Below are positions 55,596-64,000 of a DNA stretch of 64,000 bases, one piece after another. A program made the position numbers and the translations under genes. The stretch is from Octopus vulgaris. Lineage: Eukaryota. Within the stretch, counting starts at the first letter, position 1; each line of letters opens with the position of its first letter. The stretch covers positions 20,398,001-20,462,000 of the forward strand of contig OX597822.1 in assembly GCA_951406725.2 (NCBI GenBank), given 5' to 3'. The notes beneath the pieces were generated by a model. It did no database searches, was not told the origin of the DNA, and saw only the letters and a list, made by a program, of their open reading frames with translations.

Positions 55596-57469
55596 CTATT
55601 TATAAATGTTCTAAAATCTACACAGACTTAGTTTTTTATCTCATTACGGAAATTATATATATATATATATATATGTGCGTGTGTGTGTGTATACACATAC
55701 AAACACACATATACAGTTTGTGTAAGTGTGCATTTACTATGTATGCTTGTATATAGTATTAAAAACTGAAAAATTGCTCATTTGGTAGAATTAGAAATAA
55801 TCACATCAACCCCGACAACAAACCACGACAGCACTACTACTATCACTGGTTGCTCTTATATATATCTCGAAATTTTAGTGCTAGATAATAAATTACTTTT
55901 TTTTTTAGATAACGGTTATGATACGATTTTATCCTCTTACATATGACATCTTAGTGTTAGTTTGGATGTCTGTGTATGTGTGTGTGTGTGCGTGCGCGCG
56001 CGTGTGTGCTTATCTTGTGAACAGATATATAGGAAAATGGCTTCCTCTTCTTAAATGAAGTGAGTCACTTGGTAACACTTTGCTTAGTAGCTCATAAAAA
56101 TGTAAATGAAAAGATAATAAGGAAGTGAGAAAATACGTCCGTAAGTAAAAAATATGTACAATTATTCTGGGCTCTTTGCCATCAAGACCGTTTTTTACTT
56201 CGTTTTTTTTTTCTTACTTTATTATCTTTTACTAAAATATAGTTCTTGTTTAATACTGCCAATACAGCCACTTACCATCTCAGGATTTAAATATCCAACC
56301 TTACTGTTGATTCAAAATGTGGAAGTAGCTTCCTTCCCTTCATTGAAAGCTCTTTTTAAGTGAAGTTAAGAGATGTCTTTCTGCAAATATGGCATACGTT
56401 CAAGTGTAAGTAGAAGCTTGAAAAACTTGAATAACTACTAGTTATTTTAGTTGATATTTTGTATGTGTTTGCGTAGTGGAATCAGTACTTGTGAATATGA
56501 TGTGAGTTTCTGTATATATAAGTGTGCGTATTTTTGAAGAGATTAGCTTTGTTTTATTCTATTGGTCGTGTTACTCCCGTCCCAGTTCCCTTAAGTAGTG
56601 AAATCGACGTAAAAATAGAACAGAGAAAGAGAAGGAGCGAAAGAGAAATAGAGTGGGTATGTGTGTCTATGTGAGTGTGTACGTGCGTATAAGAAGGATT
56701 TAATATCAGGCAGCGGGTGAACAACATTAAAGATTTCTGAAATAGGTAGAGGAGTATATATTTTGGGGCGAGGAGAATGAGTAGTCGATTATATCGATCC
56801 TATCATTGCGTGACTTGTGAATATTTTTTGAATTCAGGAGGACAAAAAACTCAAGTGGATACCGGCTGTATTTGAACTCGGGACTAAATACACTAAAGCA
56901 CATATTAGCACATATTTAGATGATCTTTCCATCCTGGTTTCTATTTCGTTAAATATTTCTGACATAGTTAAAAGGTCATAAATTTACTTGGTATAACACG
57001 AATGATCATATCAAATATCAGCATTTGATTGGTATATATTTTATCAATAACAGTAATTATTTCTGACATTGTGAGATTGTAATACATTTTGGCGGGAAAT
57101 TATTAGGAATTATAACTCCTTACTCCTTACCTATACTTATTAATTTTTTACTTCATCCACCTAGCTTTTCAACATTTCAGCAGACTTCTATCTTGCGACC
57201 GCCCACATCTCACATCTGTCATTCTGCTAACACCACTGCACACGAATTCTCTTCGCGTATTCCTCTTCATACTCCCTCTTTTCACCTATACTACCGACAT
57301 CACTTCAGTTTCTCATTTGTAATCATATATTCAAATTTATACCAATGACATATTAAAACCACTTCCCTTAACTTATTCCTTATTATAATTATGGAAATTA
57401 TTTTTTCAGAACCTTACTTAATTCTTTTCCTATATGTAAAAATCTTTCTTCTAGCAGACTCGAGTACAC

Positions 57470-57507
57470 TATACTGATGAGATCCAATAGGCTAGAACAT
57501 GTTTATA
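57470..57507 (+). ncRNA. Decayed hammerhead motif
   Basis: tata-CTGATGA-gatc-caata-ggct-AGAA-catg-TT-tata; palindromic ACATGT; GAAA altered. Confidence 0.45.
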
Positions 57508-58314
57508 ATTATCATTTGCTCCTTTAAAACACAGATCAGACTGTTTCCTTTAAGTATTTAAACAAATGCTTAGCGAACAGATCATAATTAAAAAAAAATT
57601 ATCTCCCTTCTTATTTAAGAGTCGTTAACAACACCCTCGGTGGTTTGCACTTCTTTTCCCAACAATGAAACAAATTTCAATAGATTAAAAATGTATTGCA
57701 TGCGGCTCTCAGCACATCGCTCTTTATCTTACTATTTGATTTGCTGAGTTTGGAAAAATGGACAGAATTCATGACAATTGTAGGTCCTACGAAACTGGTG
57801 AGATTAACGACGTTAGCATTCCGACTAAACAGCTGCAGGAAAGACATGAGCAAGTAGATTCCGGAGGGGTGAGGTCCTTTGGACATAGAGGCTAAAGATG
57901 GGAAAGAAGGGTAGTTGAACATTATCAGTGCCATTGGTTTATCTGAGTTAACTTATTTTGGCTTGATTCATTTTTAAAAGTTTACATTGAATTGCAAATG
58001 AGAACGTAAAATAGGGGTTGTTAAATATCGCCAGGCATTTTGTTTGACGTTCTATTAATTCTATTGATATATCGAGTGCAAGGCTATTTAATTTTCCATC
58101 TATTTGATACACCGAAACTAGTGTTCAGTGCCTGTCTCGGAGAAGTCTGCAAGTTGTAAAAGACATTTATCTTAATTCTTAAAGAAATAAAATGGTAAAT
58201 AAATAATGCCTAAACAATTTCGAAACTGTGACTCTTTGTATAAGTGTGCATGTTTATTTGTGAATCTCTGTGTATAATGTGTGTGTGAGTGTTTGTGTGT
58301 GTGTGTGAGTGTGT

Positions 58315-58359
<45 letters not shown>

Positions 58360-58763
58360 TATTGATTTTGTATGTACATACATTTCTGTGCGAATGTATG
58401 TGTAAATGTATGTTTTTAGTCGTTTGTAAGTTTGACTGCGAATGTATATGTTCGTGTGAGTACTTTTTCAAAGAGGAACTTTTTTGTTTAAATTTTAATA
58501 CTGCTCTTTTTTTGTTGCTGTTATTTTTTCGTTTCTTTTGTCAGCTATTTCCAGCAGTGAAGATAGACGAATGCATACACATTTACGTCCATACATATGC
58601 ACATATATTTATACATATGCATATACATGCATGCATGCATGCATGTATGTATGTATGCCTATGTGTGTACGTATATATACATACATATCTGTCTATCTAT
58701 ATGTACATATATACACACGTATATATATACATATATGTATATCTATCTATATGTATATATATA

Positions 58764-58808
<45 letters not shown>

Positions 58809-60157
58809 ATATATATATATAGATATATATATATCAATATATACATACATACATATATACATATCTGTTTATCTATACACACACACACAAATATATATAT
58901 GTGTTAGGTCGTAGAAATTGGTATCATTTAATAACTAATTTTTTCGTCACTGGAAGAAAACAATATCTGTTTTCAGTGTACTTGCTGAGCTTTTCTTACA
59001 ATGCAGTGAAGTGAGAAAAAAATGTAATTGTGTAAACCGACTTTTTCGTCTCTGAGTCTGGTTAATCTCAATAAAACTGGAATTCTAATCAGAAAAATCT
59101 AATCAGTTTAATTAAGCAAAACTTTGAAAGTGCACTTCAACCAGTGAAGAAAATAGGAATAAAATTCTCATGAATTCAAAAAAACAACAAAAACAATGGA
59201 GCTTTTCACAGTTTCATAGAGAAACAAAGCTTAAGTTGTTAATTTCGAATGTTTTCAAAGGAATATAAAAAATATTTTTGTTGGTGTTGTTGTTTTGAAT
59301 ATCCAAATCTATATTTTTATTGATTTTTAAGCTTAAAAACTGAACGGAAAGAAAAACCAATACTTCTCCCTAAAAAAGTTCCTGTAATAAAACCTCGATA
59401 AACCCCTACCATTACACAAAACCAACAAATTAGAAATTTAGCAACAATGCAAAATCACCAGAGTAACAACAACAACAACAGCAATAGCAATAGCAGCAGC
59501 AACAACAACAAAACCACCGCCCATACAGTCAATATAATAAGTTAATCAATGAATAAACCATTTCAAGTTTTCATCACAATAATCTCTCCAAAGATCAAAT
59601 TTGCAACGAATCATTTGAGAAATCTTCATTAGAAGAGAAGGATTTTATATAACTGTTATCACAGACACTGGCAACAAGATCACTGCTAGAGCTTCATTAA
59701 TCGATTCTTCACAGTTGTTATAGTTGTTGTTGTTGCTGTTATTGTTGTAGTCATCTTTGTTTCTCATTTAAATATTGCGTTTTCTTTTTTTTATTATTTT
59801 ATTTATTTCTTTTGTTAATGTACGTCTGTGTATGTTTATATGCGTTATGTTCGTGTTTATTTAAAAAATATTTTACTAGTTCTTATTTATTTATATCTAT
59901 TTCTTTATCCTTTTATTTTTTGCTTTAAGTCGTCGTCTTAACAATACAACTTCCAACAGAGCTTAATGAATTTTTTAATTAGATCTACTGCAACAACAAC
60001 AAAAACAATGTTGTTTATATTTATTCCGTATTTATTTTTTTCATTAGCCACAAGGGGTCCACGAGACACAGTAAAAGATGATGTACGTTTAACCAAGGGG
60101 TGGGGCCAACAATTTGTATGATAATGAGTTCAGGGATAAAAAAGGGTATTCACTATC

Positions 60158-60234
<77 letters not shown>

Positions 60235-60355
60235 TACCGTTTGTTTATTTGTCAAGTTGTGATAAAAACAATTTTACCTTACACTGAAGGATTACTTTTT
60301 ATAGAGTTCATTTTTATTATTTTTGAAGAAGAATAGAATTGCCGGTGCCTGTCAA

Positions 60356-60404
60356 TGCCATTCTGAAGAAAGCTAAACAGGCCGATACTTCGAAGTCATT
60401 GGCA
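60356..60404 (+). ncRNA. Hammerhead with one core substitution (GAAA to GATA)
   Basis: tgccatt-CTGAAGA-aagctaaacaggcc-GATA-cttcgaag-TC-attggca; palindromic ACTTCGAAGT; GUC triplet. Confidence 0.62.
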
Positions 60405-60427
60405 ATATTAGTGTTGCTAAGGTAAAA

Positions 60428-60600
60428 CGGCAAGCTGGCGGAATCGTTAGCGGTATTTCGCCCGTCACTACGTTCTCAGTTCAAATTCCGCCGAGGTCGA
60501 CTTTGTCTTTCGGGGTCGATAAAATAAGTACCAGTTGAATACTAGGATCGATGTAATCGACTCATCCCCAAGTTACCCTTATGGCAAAAATTTAGAAATA
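60428..60600 (+). mobile_element. tRNA-derived SINE (family D)
   Basis: cggcaagctggcggaatcgttagc...agttcaaattccgccgaggtcgactttg...aagtaccagttg. Confidence 0.8.
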
Positions 60601-61044
60601 ATTATTGTTGTTAAGGTTAATAAATACATTTCGTTGCTATTATGCAAAAGTGTCGTAAGTCCAAAACGTTACTTTTTTTCAGAAAACGAAAAAATATTTT
60701 TACCATTCCATTTATTTTTACCATAGTAGCAGTTTCAGCTTAACAATAATACTTTGTTGGGTGCATAAAATTGTAACTCCATGCATGTATAATATTTTTA
60801 GAAATATTTTTACAAAATTGTCGTTTGTGGGACTTACTTCACTTTTGAGAAATGCTAAACCGTTGTACTACACTTTGACAATTCTCATCTGAAGCAGCTG
60901 GAGATACCGTAGTTTGACCAAAAGAACCGAAAATTGCTAGCAAAATAAAATATTGAAAATTAAACGCATTTGGTCAAACTTGGACATAGCAGCGATGTAT
61001 ACATTCATATACATATACATACATACATATATATATATATACAT

Positions 61045-61108
<64 letters not shown>

Positions 61109-61131
61109 GTATGTATATGTATATTTATATG

Positions 61132-61182
<51 letters not shown>

Positions 61183-61789
61183 GCATTTATATCATCTACA
61201 TGATATAAACACATGCGTATATATATATACACATGAATGAACAAGTTTAAGTTTTATTCAAGTACACAAATATTTACATGGAATAAATATGAATTGTATT
61301 AAAAGACATAAGACATCTAGAAATTTAAGTATTTAAAGAAAAAAAAACCTAGGATCAGAGTGAAAAACGATAGTCTAGTTCGGGCAAAACCACCCCACTC
61401 GCTAATCGCCCGTCATTGCTCGTACAAGAGCCACATGATACAACATAAACATTCCAATTTTCTGAGTAGGTTAGTGTTGGTAAGAGCAGGATTCTTTGAT
61501 TTAGTTCATTGTAATATTTTTCAATTATTTTTACCAAAATGCTGTTCTTCGACGACATACCATATTCTAACTTGTTCCTTCCCAGTAATCAAAAGATCTC
61601 CGTTGTGTTCCTTGCAACATAAATGTGTGACTCTACATTCCAGATCCATATTCGATTTTCGAAGATCGACGAATTTTAATTAAACATCGTCCCCATGGCC
61701 GTTAACGTCGTTGTTCTGAGGCACTATTATTATTAGTATCATCATCATCATCATCATCATCATTCATACCATTAAAGTTGAGACCTAGA

Positions 61790-61945
61790 AAATGGTTAGC
61801 ATGACGGACAAAAAGCTTAGCGGTATTTTCTCCGTTGTGGTGTCTAATTCCGTTGAGGTGGAATTTGTCTTTCATCCTTTTAGAGTCGATACAATAAATA
61901 CCAGTTGAGCACGGGAGCGATGTAATCGACCTATTCTTTCCCGGC
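61790..61945 (+). mobile_element. tRNA-derived SINE (family D), degenerate
   Basis: gttagcatgacggacaaaaagcttagcggtattt...ctttcatcctttt...ataccagttgagcac. Confidence 0.65.
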
Positions 61946-62219
61946 GCGTGAAGCTCTCTCAGATTGCGCCAGCAAGTTAGTCCATCGGAAGTTGTCGGGT
62001 GCAATCATCAACAACCTGGGTGGGTAGCTCTGGAAAGGGCTATTACAGTAAAGGCATTAGAGTTTAGTAAAGAATAGCGTTAGAGGAATCTAGAATAGAG
62101 AGGGAAATAGATAGGAAGCTAGAAGAGGCATTAGAAAAGGCATCGTGACCAACATGCTGGCGGCAAGACTGGCTCTTGATCAATTCCTCGATTCCAAGCA
62201 CAAAAGCTACGTTGTCAAA

Positions 62220-62740
62220 GCTAGAGCGCATGCGTTAAGACACTAGGAAATAAAAGCCGTTCGATGGTCCCGGATGGCGAAGGTGCACCGAGGAAACAAA
62301 GCCACAATTCGGTGTTTGACGGGCTGGAGTAGGCGCATGCTACTCGTATCCAAGCAGATGTGTGCGGAATTTCAGCGGCACTATGCCAAACATACGGAGT
62401 GTACGGTGAATCAGAGACAGGATGGATTTCACTTCCAAATCTCGACGGCATGTCACACCTTTCGGCTAGGAACGGGTCGAGGTAGGTAGTGCGTATATCG
62501 CTTCTGTCATCTATTATCGCCTGACCGTCGGCCCTTGACCTGCTTCGTGGATCTTCAAGTTGGAGCGCCTGCTCTCCCACTTTCTGTGGAAGGACGTAAT
62601 CCTTTCGTCAGACGATCCATCTGCTGCCAGCAGATACCGAGGCTACCGAGTGGAGGACTGGACGTGCTAAGACTGCGACATATTCAGTGTTTCCTTGACA
62701 GCGAGCAAGTGTGGTCGCCGTTTGTCAGACAAAATTTTCC
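62220..62740 (+). pseudogene. L1/Tx1-like ORF2 fragment
   Basis: SVIYYRLTV...FKLERLLSHFLWKG/RNPFVRRSICCQ...SGGLDV, a post-RT L1/Tx1 region. GC-rich and frameshifted. Confidence 0.65.
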
Positions 62741-63119
62741 GTAGCTCGTTTCAATAACGGACCAACAATCTTGGATCAATCGACTTACCCGCTCTTCTGT
62801 ATTTGCTAGCCTTGTGCCAAAATTTGAAGCTATGATTACTATTATCATCGTTATAAAACATTGCAACTGAAAGAAATATTTTACATTTTAGATTTTATTT
62901 CACACAGAGACACTTATTGAATTTTTTTGAAATGCCTGCTCAACAACTTCGGTTATTAAAATATTTTCATTCTATTCCACTACGAAATGCTTATGTAAAG
63001 AAATGGCGTCTTCTTTCCTTGGATCCAGCCCTCAGAAACACTGCAGTAAATAAAGTAAATAAAAACAACTGCTAAATAAAACAAAGCAAACAGCAAAAAA
63101 CTGCTAAACGAAACAAAAC

Positions 63120-63161
<42 letters not shown>

Positions 63162-63191
63162 TATATATAAAATTATCAATATATATATATA

Positions 63192-63790
63192 TTGACTATT
63201 TTTTTTTTGCACGTTAGACCACTGGAAATGTAAATTTTGATTGAATGTTTTAATTTTAATTAAATTCCATTTCCCTTTGACATGATTAAATACTGTAAGT
63301 TTTTGGATAATTTTCGGTTAAAAGTTGGCGGCTTTTCATCGTAGCCAACGAAGGACTGCGTCTGCGCAGTAAAATTTGAAAAGTTAGTTCGTATAAACAC
63401 GAGACAAGTAACCTTGTTTGTCTTGTGTTGGATATGTTTAGCCCTAGGTTTGACCTTGCTGAAGAATATCAGACCTTGTGAGTTCTCCTTGACTCGCTAA
63501 AAGATGATCAGAAACCAATTGGTCCAAGGAACTAGATAGTAAATGTTTTTCATTTCCAAATTTATTCCTGTCGAATTTTATCCGTTATTTTTGTGGTTTA
63601 CAGAACCTAGCTGTTCTTTCTAGCGTGCTGAATTCCCTATAAGTGGATTCTTTATGTGTTTAAATATACACTATATCGTATGACTAATATATAGTCTTCT
63701 TGACTAATTTTTTTTGCACGTTAAACCACTGGAAATGTAAATTTTGATTGAATGTTTTAATTTTAATTAAATTCCATTTCCCTTTGACAT
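63192..63790 (+). mobile_element. Hammerhead-bearing element: 507-bp unit plus ~91-bp terminal direct repeat, between TA-rich tracts
   Basis: 63192-63283 repeats at 63700-63790 (offset 507). One HHR lies inside and no ORF is present. Confidence 0.88.
63454..63529 (+). ncRNA. Type I hammerhead ribozyme, canonical core, extended stem II
   Basis: ccttg-CTGAAGA-atatca-gacct-[gtgagt/actcgc]-taaaa-gatgatca-GAAA-ccaattgg-TC-caagg; palindromic ACCAATTGGT. Stem I extends past a TGA bulge (ctaggtt/aactag). Confidence 0.9.
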
Positions 63791-63800
63791 TTATATATAT

Positions 63801-63849
<49 letters not shown>

Positions 63850-64000
63850 TGAACACACAAATAAGTGAAAGAAAATGTTAAAAGTAACACTTCCTCAGAA
63901 AGATGCAACTTCATAAATACGTTTAACGCCAACTACAACAGTATGTATGCACACTGCATTAACACGAATAGTGTTAACTATTCGTGCGTTAACACGAATA

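Noticed and set aside
63958-64000. Short direct and inverted ttaacacgaata repeats
   Set aside because: Truncated by the window edge and too short to interpret.

Overview
This is an AT-rich, microsatellite-saturated animal intergenic or intronic window. The tRNA-derived SINE families resemble those of octopus (coleoid cephalopods); that assignment is my recognition, not a database result. No host protein-coding gene can be supported, and almost all listed ORFs are translated microsatellites. The window is a mosaic of tRNA-SINEs, decayed non-LTR retrotransposons (CR1-like, R4/Dong-like, RTE-like, L1/Tx1-like), several Penelope-like element (PLE) RT and GIY-YIG remnants, Tc1/mariner transposons, a hAT-like MITE and Helitron/Helentron-like non-autonomous elements. 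The main signal is about 18 type-I hammerhead ribozyme (HHR) motifs. Seven have a canonical core and paired stems (172-233, 459-520, 844-881, 5481-5530, 38808-38897, 39444-39544, 63454-63529). One is a compensatory U3-A8 variant and the rest are variant, decayed or truncated. Most have a self-complementary stem III. They lie in short non-coding elements, often within (TA)n tracts. Two of these show a 'monomer plus partial repeat' layout (351 and 507 bp units), several have 5' fold-back inversions, and several share a downstream motif. Together this suggests a diverse family of PLE-dependent, ribozyme-bearing non-autonomous retroelements (pseudo-LTR or retrozyme-like, possibly with circular RNA intermediates). 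All pairings were read by eye and no activity is demonstrated.
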